Source: Oligoflexales bacterium (GTDB lineage: Bacteria > Bdellovibrionota_B > Oligoflexia > Oligoflexales > JAPPIL01). Taken from it: a stretch of DNA of 64,000 nt. The notes under the pieces were generated by a model that searched no databases, was not told where the DNA came from, and saw only the letters and a program-made list of their open reading frames with translations. The DNA lies in NCBI GenBank assembly GCA_965215515.1, contig OZ244057.1, positions 1,984,001 to 2,048,000 on the forward strand, given 5' to 3'. The position numbers and the translations under genes are program-made. Positions 22,559 through 31,014 of this stretch are shown one piece after another; position 1 is the first letter of the stretch, and each line of letters opens with the position of its first letter.

Positions 22559-23206
22559 ATGTACATTCTACCACAGTTGCTACTGGCAATGCTGTTGTTG
22601 TCGTGCTCAGCAAGCGAAAAAAAGCGTACCGACGATCCTCCGTCATCGTTGCCGCCACCGCCGCAGACCCCTACACCTAAGGCAGAAGACACCACCTTGC
22701 GCGACACAAACCGCACCTCTAAAAAATACATCACCTCTGCACCGACACCCACGCTAATCGTCGTAAATGGCGACGAGGAAGGTGCACAGAAAGGAAATGA
22801 AAAGCAAGAAGAACCACCGCGCACTGAGCAGGAAGCTCGCCCTATGCCACGACAGCAACAGGAGGTGGCAGAAACCACCGCGGAGAAAGAAGAGCCCCAA
22901 CCGCCAGTTCCTCCCGCACCAGATGTTCCCTTAACGGTCAAGGTGAGTTTTGTAAACAGTGATAATGTCTTGTATCCGCAGCTGGAATTTTCTCCGCAAC
23001 ACGTGTCTGAGATAAGTGACATCACCTGGCAGCATGCGGGAGAAGTTACCATGCAGTTAGAAGACGATGCCTTTGTTTTCAAGAACGAAGGAGTCATGAT
23101 ACCACCGCTGAGCTTTTGGTTAAAGTTGCGGTGGGGTGACAAAACATGCCACGAGCGTATCGAGGTTAGCGACATGACACACACGGTGGAGATAATATGT
23201 TCATGA
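22559..23206 (+). CDS. Hypothetical Pro/Glu-rich lipoprotein
   Basis: MYILPQLLLAMLLLSC lipobox, disordered linker, small C-terminal domain. Confidence 0.65.
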   Translation: MYILPQLLLAMLLLSCSASEKKRTDDPPSSLPPPPQTPTPKAEDTTLRDTNRTSKKYITSAPTPTLIVVNGDEEGAQKGNEKQEEPPRTEQEARPMPRQQQEVAETTAEKEEPQPPVPPAPDVPLTVKVSFVNSDNVLYPQLEFSPQHVSEISDITWQHAGEVTMQLEDDAFVFKNEGVMIPPLSFWLKLRWGDKTCHERIEVSDMTHTVEIICS

Positions 23207-24081
23207 AAATACTGTTGCTTACTATCTCATTGTTTGCCTGCAAACTGACTTCCATGTCCTCGTCCGATTTACACGATCATTCGACAGCTGCTCAGGCAGA
23301 TGACCAGGCGGTGTTTTTGCATGTGTTGCCGCGTGGCATCGAAGTTACGGTGCCAGACACGTCGGTAACAGGTGCTCTGCCACAGGCTTTCTATCACCTA
23401 CGCAGTGCTGATCAAAAATTTGCGCGAGATGCAGTTACCGCACAACCGTTGCGGGCTGCGCCTGTTACTTTTGCGGAGCTGGTCTTGGCCTGGCAGAACC
23501 AGGCCTACACCTGGTTGTGTTTTTTGCAAGATATCGCTGGTAGCCGTGTGATCGAGCCGACGCGGGATAACAGATGTTACCGACAGGACGCACAACACTC
23601 CTACCTCCAGCAGTTTGCTGCGTGGTGCAGCAAAGACAATAAGTACCACGCCCCTTTTTTTCTCGACAGCGCTGCCCCATATTGCAAGGTGGGCAAAATC
23701 AGTGCTAGCAAAACAGTACGTATTCCACTGCGTTGTTTCACAGGCAATGCCAACCTGTGTTTTCCTCCCGCAAAACGCAGCATTAAGCGTGCGGGGCGCA
23801 ATCCACAACGTATCCCCGATCGGCGTTTCAGAGCCGACGAATACTATATCGCTAAATACCTACAAAAGAGCGGCAAAACTTTCCCCGCCCTGCTCGACGA
23901 CATCTACGCACAAGCCTCAGACTGTCGTGACGGAGCTGGGATGGAGGTGCATACCTTTGTGCGAAGACATCCATTTTACTGTAGTTGCCCGCGGCACAAA
24001 AACAAAAAAATAATTCTCAATGGACAGGAAAAAAAATGTGGTGCAACGGGCTACGCTTACTTTTTTCCTCCACTCCCCTAG
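23203..24081 (+). CDS. Hypothetical Cys-rich lipoprotein
   Basis: MKILLLTISLFAC lipobox; ATGA overlap with the upstream gene. Confidence 0.65.
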   Translation: MKILLLTISLFACKLTSMSSSDLHDHSTAAQADDQAVFLHVLPRGIEVTVPDTSVTGALPQAFYHLRSADQKFARDAVTAQPLRAAPVTFAELVLAWQNQAYTWLCFLQDIAGSRVIEPTRDNRCYRQDAQHSYLQQFAAWCSKDNKYHAPFFLDSAAPYCKVGKISASKTVRIPLRCFTGNANLCFPPAKRSIKRAGRNPQRIPDRRFRADEYYIAKYLQKSGKTFPALLDDIYAQASDCRDGAGMEVHTFVRRHPFYCSCPRHKNKKIILNGQEKKCGATGYAYFFPPLP

Positions 24082-24136
24082 TTTCCAACTTGAACACAGA
24101 CACGCGGCTGCTCCCCTTCTTTCCTAATGATGGCGA

Positions 24137-24284
24137 CTAATATGTAGATGCCCTCCTAGTTAAGGTTTGCAATTTAGTGGTCACCTCTCGCAGTTCCTGC
24201 TGTGGTCGCTGTCCAGGACAATACCACCCCCTGCGGCGTAATCGCGCCGACAAGATGATGAACGGTAGCAAAACTCCGCACCCG
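24137..24284 (-). pseudogene. Remnant of a chorismate-binding enzyme gene (PabB/TrpE component I), C-terminal fragments
   Basis: Minus strand reads RVRSFATVHHLV, then in another frame DYAAGGGIVLDSD, then after a 1-nt deletion QQELREVTTKLQTL...stop; matches the VHHLVS and AGGGIVxDSxPxxExxExxxK motifs of this family. Confidence 0.75.
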
Positions 24285-24610
24285 TGCCGCACAACGGTGT
24301 TGGACATACACGCGGTAAAGGCTGAGCATCTTGCAATAATATCCACAGGCGTAGCCTATATTGCACCTCGCGGTCACGAAACCAGGCTTTAGTTGCTTGC
24401 TTAGCTTGAGTGAACTAGGAGAGGATATACTTATCGAGATGTTTTAATTTAACCCCCTCCCCAAAACCACATCGCTCGCCTCGTTGAATAACCTGCTTGT
24501 TAATAATTTAATGGTTATTTACAAATATTTATAAATTAATACTATAAAATATATAGAACATGTTGTATCATGTCCAACGATGAGATAGGACATGCTTCAC
24601 AGGGAATGTA

Positions 24611-25723
24611 ATGGCAAAGATAACTTTTTATCCGCTTGGCAACGCGGATTCGACTTTGATTGAGCTTAATAACGGCAAGACCATGCTTATCGATTATGCA
24701 CACTCAAAAAAATCAGAGGATTGCGATGATGAAAAAATAGTTTTAGATCGGGAAATAAGAAGGAGACTCAATCATTATAATCCCCATATTGATGTTGTAG
24801 CCTTTACTCATGCAGATGAGGATCACACGCGTGGTGCTGTGGATTTCTTTGCTCTTGAGCATGCAAATAAATATCGAAGCAAGGGTCGGGTGGGCATAGG
24901 TGAGTTGTGGGTACCGGCCGCGATGATCGTCGAGGAGGGGTTGAAGGGAGATAGTAGAGCGATCAGACAGGAGGCGAGATATAGGTTGAAAAAGGGACAT
25001 GGCGTTCGGGTGTTTTCCTGCCCTGGACTTTTAGATGACTGGCTTAGTCGAGAGGGTGTAGACATGGAATCGTCGCAGCGGTGTGTTGCCATCAGTGCTG
25101 GCAATGTTATTCCTAAATTTGACCTGTTAAATGATGGGCTTGAGGCTTTTGTCCATTCACCGTTTGCATCTCGCGATGGTAAAGGTTTGCAGAGCAGAAA
25201 TGATGGTTCACTCTTCTTGCATCTGACCTTTGCTAGCGATGGCAGGAAGACAAGGGTAATGATGGGGGCTGACGCAACATGGGATGTTCTCGAAGATATC
25301 ATCAGAATCACAAAATACTACGGGCATGAAGAGCGGTTGAAATGGGATATTTATCGGGTCTCACACCACTGTTCCTATCTTTCACTGTCACCTGATAAGG
25401 GCGAGGAGGTAACCATTCCCAGCGAGAGTATCGACTGGCTCTTTAAGCAAGGAAGCGTTGGCAGCTACATAATTTCTTCTAGTAGTCCAATTGCCGCCTC
25501 TGGAGAGGGCTCCAGCCAGCCACCGCATCGGCAAGCAGCAAATTACTACAGGCAAAAAGCACGCTTCCTAGATGGTGAATTCTTGGTGACTATGGAGTAT
25601 CCAGATGCATATCTACCAAGGCCTATGGTGTTCACCATCTCTGCTCACGGAATCACGCTTGAAAGCATAACAACCTCTGTTACAGATTCTATAGTTATCA
25701 ACGATTCTTGTAGGTTAGGATGA
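24611..25723 (+). CDS. Metallo-beta-lactamase-fold hydrolase of the type found in prokaryotic ubiquitin-like (6A-MBL) operons
   Basis: FYPLGNADSTLI, THADEDH, HHCSY, QPPHRQAANYY; ends in RLG. Confidence 0.85.
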   Translation: MAKITFYPLGNADSTLIELNNGKTMLIDYAHSKKSEDCDDEKIVLDREIRRRLNHYNPHIDVVAFTHADEDHTRGAVDFFALEHANKYRSKGRVGIGELWVPAAMIVEEGLKGDSRAIRQEARYRLKKGHGVRVFSCPGLLDDWLSREGVDMESSQRCVAISAGNVIPKFDLLNDGLEAFVHSPFASRDGKGLQSRNDGSLFLHLTFASDGRKTRVMMGADATWDVLEDIIRITKYYGHEERLKWDIYRVSHHCSYLSLSPDKGEEVTIPSESIDWLFKQGSVGSYIISSSSPIAASGEGSSQPPHRQAANYYRQKARFLDGEFLVTMEYPDAYLPRPMVFTISAHGITLESITTSVTDSIVINDSCRLG

Positions 25724-26841
25724 AAAATACGAACCCTCCCAAAATTGGAATATGTCTCTCTGGTGGTGGCTCACGCGCGATGGCTTTCCATCTGGGTTGT
25801 TTAAGGACGTTGCACAAGCGCAGCATACTCAACAAGGTATCACTGATATCCACCGTATCAGGAGGATCAGTAATCGGTGCGATGTATGCCTACAGCAACG
25901 ATAGTTTCGAAGAATTTACCGCGAAGGTTAGCCAGCAGCTTGAATCTGGATTCCAACCAGAAGAGGATAATGGTATTTTTTTTACACCCAAAATGCTTTT
26001 TTCTTTGATTAGGGTTGTTTTTTTCTCGTCTGAAAATAAATCTGAAAAACGTAAAAAAGCTGCAAAAATTTTTGAAGATCGACTCTATCGAGCAGAAGAG
26101 TTGGCAGCAATTTTTGATGAAAAGCTTTACCAAGGAAAGAAGCTCTCAGCAGAGACTCGTAATGGGCTTGAAATAACAATTAATGCCTGCGAACTCAGTA
26201 CCAACACCGCGTTTCGCTTTAGCAACAAAATCATCAATAACTGGCTTCTAGGTGAGGTATCGACAGATTCAGTGAGCCTCGCTGAAGCAGTGGCTGCATC
26301 GGCTGCCTATCCAATACTTGTCTCAACGATGGACAAACACTTTGAGTTTAAAAAGAATGGGGGAAGGAAAAAGAAAAAAGTTTTCTTGACCGATGGTGGG
26401 GTTTATGAGAACCAAGGGATTACCGCTCTTTGGCCAGATCGCTCAGCTGAGTACAGTTATCCACATTGCCACTTTGACTACATAATCGCCTGTGACGCTG
26501 AGCCCAGCCGTTCACTGCCAAGACAACCTAACTTGACCCTGTTAGATAAGTTTAAGGAGTGTCTATCAACGTTAATGGGCAGAATAAGTTCGATGAATTT
26601 TAAGGTATTGCATGAATATAAAAACGCTAGAAAAATTAAGGGGTTTGTACTTGCACGGCTGAATACCGAAGATGAAAATATTTTATTCAAGGATGATAAA
26701 TTCGTGTCGTATGCACGTGTTGCCGACTATCCCACCGATTTCAAGGCAATGAAGAAAGAAGATATCGAGAGGTTAAGCAATCGTGGCGAGCAGATCACAG
26801 ATAGTTTTGTCAGGCAGTATGCAAGTGATCTAATAGTATAA
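25720..26841 (+). CDS. Patatin-like phospholipase
   Basis: LSGGGSRA oxyanion loop, STVSGGS nucleophile, ASAAYP, DGGVYEN; ATGA overlap with the MBL gene; AT-rich. Confidence 0.92.
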   Translation: MKNTNPPKIGICLSGGGSRAMAFHLGCLRTLHKRSILNKVSLISTVSGGSVIGAMYAYSNDSFEEFTAKVSQQLESGFQPEEDNGIFFTPKMLFSLIRVVFFSSENKSEKRKKAAKIFEDRLYRAEELAAIFDEKLYQGKKLSAETRNGLEITINACELSTNTAFRFSNKIINNWLLGEVSTDSVSLAEAVAASAAYPILVSTMDKHFEFKKNGGRKKKKVFLTDGGVYENQGITALWPDRSAEYSYPHCHFDYIIACDAEPSRSLPRQPNLTLLDKFKECLSTLMGRISSMNFKVLHEYKNARKIKGFVLARLNTEDENILFKDDKFVSYARVADYPTDFKAMKKEDIERLSNRGEQITDSFVRQYASDLIV

Positions 26842-26948
26842 TTTTTAACAAAAACGGAAGCCATCACGGCAACAATGACGACGCGATTGGGTTGCTCTTT
26901 TTTTACTTCATTTGCTCTCCTTACCAGCACTCACTTGGTCAGCATGTG

Positions 26949-27059
26949 TTAAGCTCCCATTAAGCGGCGGGAAAGTCCAGAGCTTATCCCTGGATCGCGG
27001 TATTTTAAAAATTCAGGCAGTTGTGGATAGCTGTGTTCGAAGAGATCTTTTGGCATGCG
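26949..27059 (-). pseudogene. C-terminal remnant of a FAD-linked oxidoreductase (DprE1-like family)
   Basis: Minus frame RMPKDLFEHSYPQLPEFLKYRDPGISSGLSRRLMGA* resembles the YP..xEF...DP..S..RRL C-terminus of this family; in-frame stop a few codons upstream. Confidence 0.6.
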
Positions 27060-27146
27060 TATTGTAGATGCCCCCGTAAAAAGCCTTCTCGTTTATCTAT
27101 TACCGCAACATGCACAAAGCTCTGCTGTGAACCTGATACACCGACC

Positions 27147-28340
27147 CTAGTCCAACACTTCCGCCACCACTCCCGCACCGACCGTGCGTCCGCCCTCGCG
27201 CAGGGCGAAACGTAGCTCCTTATCCATCGCAATCGGTGTAATGAGATCGACTTCCATGTCGATGTTGTCGCCAGGCATAACCATCTCAACGTTATCAGGC
27301 AACTTGATAATACCTGTCACGTCCGTGGTGCGAAAATAAAATTGCGGACGATACCCCTTGAAGAAGGGTGTGTGTCTGCCACCCTCCTCCTTGGTCAACA
27401 CATATACCTGCGCCTTGAATTTACGATGCGGCGTAATCGCACTAGGCTTGGACAGCACCTGTCCACGGAAAACTTCGTCCCGCTTCGTGCCGCGCAGTAG
27501 CACTCCCACGTTGTCACCCGCCCGCCCCTCGTCGAGCAGTTTGCGAAACATCTCTACCCCTGTGCAGGTAGTTTTGCTCGTTTCCTTGATCCCGACAATC
27601 TCAATCTCATCACCGACCTTGACAATACCCCTCTCAATCCTACCCGTGACTACCGTACCCCGTCCAGAAATAGAAAACACATCCTCGATAGGCATCAAGA
27701 AATCCAAATCAATAGGACGATCAGGAACAGGAATATAGTCGTCGCAAGCTTTGACCAACTCAAAAATAGCCTTGCAATCGTCACTATCGATGTTGTCGGA
27801 TTCGAGCGCTTTCAAAGCCGACCCCTTGACAATAGGGGTATCGTCGCCAGGGAACTTGTACTCACTGAGCAGTTCCCGCACCTCCATCTCCACTAAATCA
27901 AGCAACTCGGCATCGTCTACCATGTCAACCTTGTTGAGGAAGACTACAATCTTGGGCACACCTACCTGACGCGCCAACAAAATATGCTCCCGCGTCTGTG
28001 GCATCGGCCCGTCCGCCGCACTCACCACCAACACCGCACCATCCATCTGCGCGGCACCCGTAATCATGTTCTTCACATAGTCGGCATGACCAGGACAGTC
28101 AACGTGTGCATAATGGCGCTGCTCCGACTCATACTCGACATGCGAGGTCGAAATCGTAATTCCCCGCTCCTTCTCCTCAGGAGCCTTGTCAATCTCCTCG
28201 AACGCTAACGCCTGCCCACCGAATTTCTTCGACAATATCTTGGTAATCGCTGCCGTCAACGTCGTCTTGCCATGATCGACGTGACCGATCGTACCGACAT
28301 TAACATGCGGCTTGTTGCGCTCGAATTTCTCCTTCGCCAT
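27147..28340 (-). CDS. tuf: Elongation factor Tu
   Basis: [38 protein letters not shown]. Confidence 0.99.
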   Translation of the reverse strand: MAKEKFERNKPHVNVGTIGHVDHGKTTLTAAITKILSKKFGGQALAFEEIDKAPEEKERGITISTSHVEYESEQRHYAHVDCPGHADYVKNMITGAAQMDGAVLVVSAADGPMPQTREHILLARQVGVPKIVVFLNKVDMVDDAELLDLVEMEVRELLSEYKFPGDDTPIVKGSALKALESDNIDSDDCKAIFELVKACDDYIPVPDRPIDLDFLMPIEDVFSISGRGTVVTGRIERGIVKVGDEIEIVGIKETSKTTCTGVEMFRKLLDEGRAGDNVGVLLRGTKRDEVFRGQVLSKPSAITPHRKFKAQVYVLTKEEGGRHTPFFKGYRPQFYFRTTDVTGIIKLPDNVEMVMPGDNIDMEVDLITPIAMDKELRFALREGGRTVGAGVVAEVLD

Positions 28341-28443
28341 CCCTGACCTCCACGGTTAAACTAAAACCCACACCGAAAATATCCCGACTCGCCAGCCGTC
28401 ATACCCCACAACAAAGAAATTGACAACAACAGCCTCTCCGTTA

Positions 28444-28515
28444 AGCCTGAGATGGGATTTGAACCCATGGCCTCATCCTTACCAAGGATGTGCTCTACCC
28501 CTGAGCTACACAGGC
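28444..28515 (-). tRNA. tRNA-Thr(GGT)
   Basis: Cloverleaf; anticodon arm CATCC-TTGGTAA-GGATG; GTTCAAAT T-loop; CCA not encoded. Confidence 0.95.
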
Positions 28516-28800
28516 CCAGCACACATACACACAAAGCGGAAGACGGGGATCGAACCCGCTACGCTCGCCTCTCCGCCGCTTCCTCGCTCCGCTTGGAAGA
28601 CCGATGCCCCCCAGCACACATACACACAAAGCGGAAGACGGGGATCGAACCCGCTGCGCTCGCCTCTCCGCCGCTTCCTCGCTCCGCTTGGAAGACCGAT
28701 GCCCCCCAGCACACATACACACAAAGCGGAAGACGGGGATCGAACCCGCTACCCTCGCCTCTCCGCCGCTTCCTCGCTCCGCTTGGAAGACCGATGCCCC
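28516..28800 (-). repeat. Three tandem 95-bp tRNA-Gly-derived repeat units
   Basis: Units start at 28516, 28611 and 28706; the next period (28801) runs into the real tRNA-Gly; each unit is a 19-nt spacer plus a 76-nt tRNA-Gly-like segment. Confidence 0.95.
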
Positions 28801-28819
28801 CCAGCACACATACACACAA

Positions 28820-28892
28820 AGCGGAAGACGGGGATCGAACCCGCTACCCTCAGCTTGGAAGGCTGATGCTCTACCAGATGAGCTACTTCCGC
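28820..28892 (-). tRNA. tRNA-Gly(TCC)
   Basis: GCGGAAG...CTTCCGCT acceptor stem; anticodon TCC; GGTTCGATCC. Confidence 0.96.
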
Positions 28893-28919
28893 ACAACCCA
28901 CACACAAGCCTAGCAAGCA

Positions 28920-29002
28920 TGGAGGGAGATGGATTTGAACCATCGAAGGCTAACGCCAACGGGTTTACAGCCCGTCTCCTTTGGCCACTCGGACACCCCT
29001 CC
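28920..29002 (-). tRNA. tRNA-Tyr(GTA)
   Basis: Anticodon arm ACGGG-CTGTAAA-CCCGT; long variable arm. Confidence 0.96.
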
Positions 29003-29016
29003 GTGACAGAACACAG

Positions 29017-29089
29017 AGCTGGCGATGGGACTTGAACCCGCAACCTGCTGATTACAAGTCAGCTGCTCTACCAGTTGAGCTACGCCAGC
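29017..29089 (-). tRNA. tRNA-Thr(TGT)
   Basis: GCTGGCG acceptor stem; anticodon arm GCTGA-CTTGTAA-TCAGC. Confidence 0.96.
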
Positions 29090-29130
29090 CTAACAGACAC
29101 AACCCCCTGCGGCTAGGAAGTCACCGAAAA

Positions 29131-29159
29131 GTTATGACCGAATGACAATCTCATGTCAA
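29131..29159 (-). promoter_or_regulatory. Putative sigma70 promoter of the tRNA-tuf operon
   Basis: Minus strand TTGACA-N17-CATAAC about 40 nt upstream of tRNA-Thr(TGT). Confidence 0.5.
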
Positions 29160-29163
29160 CAAC

Positions 29164-29856
29164 TTAACTCCCAGAACAACTGTGCTGCTGCAAAAAAATC
29201 GCCGCGGCCGCCGACACATTCAACGACTGCAACCTCCCTCGTCGCTCACTCACCCCTCCCTCAATGCACAACAGGCGATCACACTGTGCCCGTACCGCAG
29301 GCGATATCCCCCTGCCTTCCGCACCAAACACCAACACCTGCTGGGCAAAGAAACCACTGTCCCGCAAACTTTCCCCCACCATATCCGCACCCACTACCCA
29401 GAAACCACGCTTCTTTAAATTCACCAACGTGCGCGCCAAATTAGTCACCAAAAAAAGATCCAACAACGCAAAACCACCCCGCGCCGCATTAACCACCGCC
29501 GCAGTCAAACCAACCTGCCGCCGCCGCGCCACCACCACACCCCGCACCCCAAAGAAAGCCGCCGAACGCACCACCGCACCGAGATTATGAGGATCGACAA
29601 CATGATCGAGCGCTACCAACACACGGCCCAACCTGCCCGCCCCCAGCACCGCGTACAACTCACTCTCATAGCGCGGCGTAAGCCTCAACTCCGCCACCAC
29701 CCTCTTGCCAGCCTGACCCCGCACCGCGACATCCCGATCCGACAAGCCACGCAAGCGCGCCACCAAACGCGGCGGACAGCCGACCTCTACCACCACCTGC
29801 GGACGATGACGTAGATACTCCGCAACATGCCGCTCGCCCTCAATGGTAAACTTCAC
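29164..29856 (-). CDS. TrmH/SpoU-family RNA methyltransferase (RlmB-like)
   Basis: DPHNLGAVVRSAAFFG, FGAEGRGI, SLNVSAAAAI; GTG start overlaps the upstream stop (GTGA). Confidence 0.9.
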   Translation of the reverse strand: MKFTIEGERHVAEYLRHRPQVVVEVGCPPRLVARLRGLSDRDVAVRGQAGKRVVAELRLTPRYESELYAVLGAGRLGRVLVALDHVVDPHNLGAVVRSAAFFGVRGVVVARRRQVGLTAAVVNAARGGFALLDLFLVTNLARTLVNLKKRGFWVVGADMVGESLRDSGFFAQQVLVFGAEGRGISPAVRAQCDRLLCIEGGVSERRGRLQSLNVSAAAAIFLQQHSCSGS

Positions 29857-31013
29857 CGCGCCGCAGAGCCGCGATACGAAGCCGTTACCCGCGTTAGCTC
29901 CCTGGCAGGCAACAAATCCACCGCCGTCTGCAGCAAAAAACGCGTCAACATATGTATCCTGCCAGCATAAAAACACACCCGACTCGGATCAAGTACACAA
30001 TGATTCGCCATACATGCCAACGCATGCGGAGTGATGTCAGCATTACAACCCAACACCAGCGTACGCAACCAAGGACTTGTCAACGTCGCAGAAAACTCAC
30101 GCACCACTCCTAACTCGCCCTCACAGCCATTGCGTGTAAACGCCACCGTCACCTTCTCCAATACCGCCCGATAGCTGTCCACCGCCTCCTTGAGCACAGC
30201 TAACTTCTCCTCTGCCAACAACCCCCTGTCAACAAAATCAGCCTGCAACGAACAGACATCCATCATCACCAACTCCAACAACGCCGCCATCGTATAAGGC
30301 GCACTCAAACGCGAGGCCTTCACCACCTCACGCACACTACGGTGACTCACCACCAAAGCCAACATGTCTCCATGAAAACTATCACGCCGCAACGACGTAG
30401 CCTTTTCTTCGGAAACAGTCAAAAGAGTGCCATCACCAACTGCGTGACAGAATTTTAGAAAAATTGCATTGAAGCTTTTAAAAGATTCAACGAGTTCATA
30501 ACAGTCATCTACGATAGCGAGGTTGGTTGCAGGTGGTGTGCCCCGCTGTATCCGATAGCTGACGTGTTCGTGCATGAACAGTGACCAGACGGTGCTGATA
30601 AGCTGCATCTGTAGCGCCTGCCACAGCTGAATACTGTTCATGAGACCGTGCTTGCGTATTACCTGTCCGAACTTGGTGGCAGGAGTCACCTTCATCGCTA
30701 ACTCGGCCAACTGCTCGGCCGTCAGTAGGTCACGTCGTCGCAGCACTTCACCGAGACGGTCATCGCTAAGTGTCGAAGTCGCAAAACAAAAACGCCCCTG
30801 ATCGAGGTAAAGGCATTTTTGCCGCTTTCCTACGTCGGCGGTAATCATGCCTGACCAGCGGTCACGGATCAAGCCCTGTAGCAGATGGCCGAACACCTGC
30901 GGCGAACTACGCCCTACATCGATGCCTGGTGCAAGTTTGTCAGCACTGTCGGTTGCTGCCAATGTAAAATCCCCCCCGTGAAGCACTAGTTCTATTCTAA
31001 CAACATTTCCCAC
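29853..31013 (-). CDS. DUF4388-like protein with MshEN-like RLG repeats
   Basis: WSGMI...LYLDQGRFCFATS, RLGEVLRRRDLLTAEQL, KFGQVIRKHGLM...LWQALQMQ. Confidence 0.65.
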   Translation of the reverse strand: MGNVVRIELVLHGGDFTLAATDSADKLAPGIDVGRSSPQVFGHLLQGLIRDRWSGMITADVGKRQKCLYLDQGRFCFATSTLSDDRLGEVLRRRDLLTAEQLAELAMKVTPATKFGQVIRKHGLMNSIQLWQALQMQLISTVWSLFMHEHVSYRIQRGTPPATNLAIVDDCYELVESFKSFNAIFLKFCHAVGDGTLLTVSEEKATSLRRDSFHGDMLALVVSHRSVREVVKASRLSAPYTMAALLELVMMDVCSLQADFVDRGLLAEEKLAVLKEAVDSYRAVLEKVTVAFTRNGCEGELGVVREFSATLTSPWLRTLVLGCNADITPHALACMANHCVLDPSRVCFYAGRIHMLTRFLLQTAVDLLPARELTRVTASYRGSAAR

Positions 31014-31014
31014 C

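Noticed and set aside
24611..26841. CBASS operon or antibiotic-resistance beta-lactamase
   Set aside because: No CD-NTase in the window; the MBL has no signal peptide and does not look like a class B beta-lactamase.
26966..26986. RNase P RNA-like GGAAAGTCC motif
   Set aside because: No other RNase P elements or sufficient length; better explained as the antisense of the oxidoreductase remnant.
28516..28820. CRISPR array
   Set aside because: The intervening sequences are near-identical rather than unique spacers, the repeat derives from tRNA-Gly, and no cas genes are present.
28420..29043. ORFs of 140-180 aa across the tRNA cluster
   Set aside because: Artefacts of the repeats and tRNA genes; repetitive translations in several frames.
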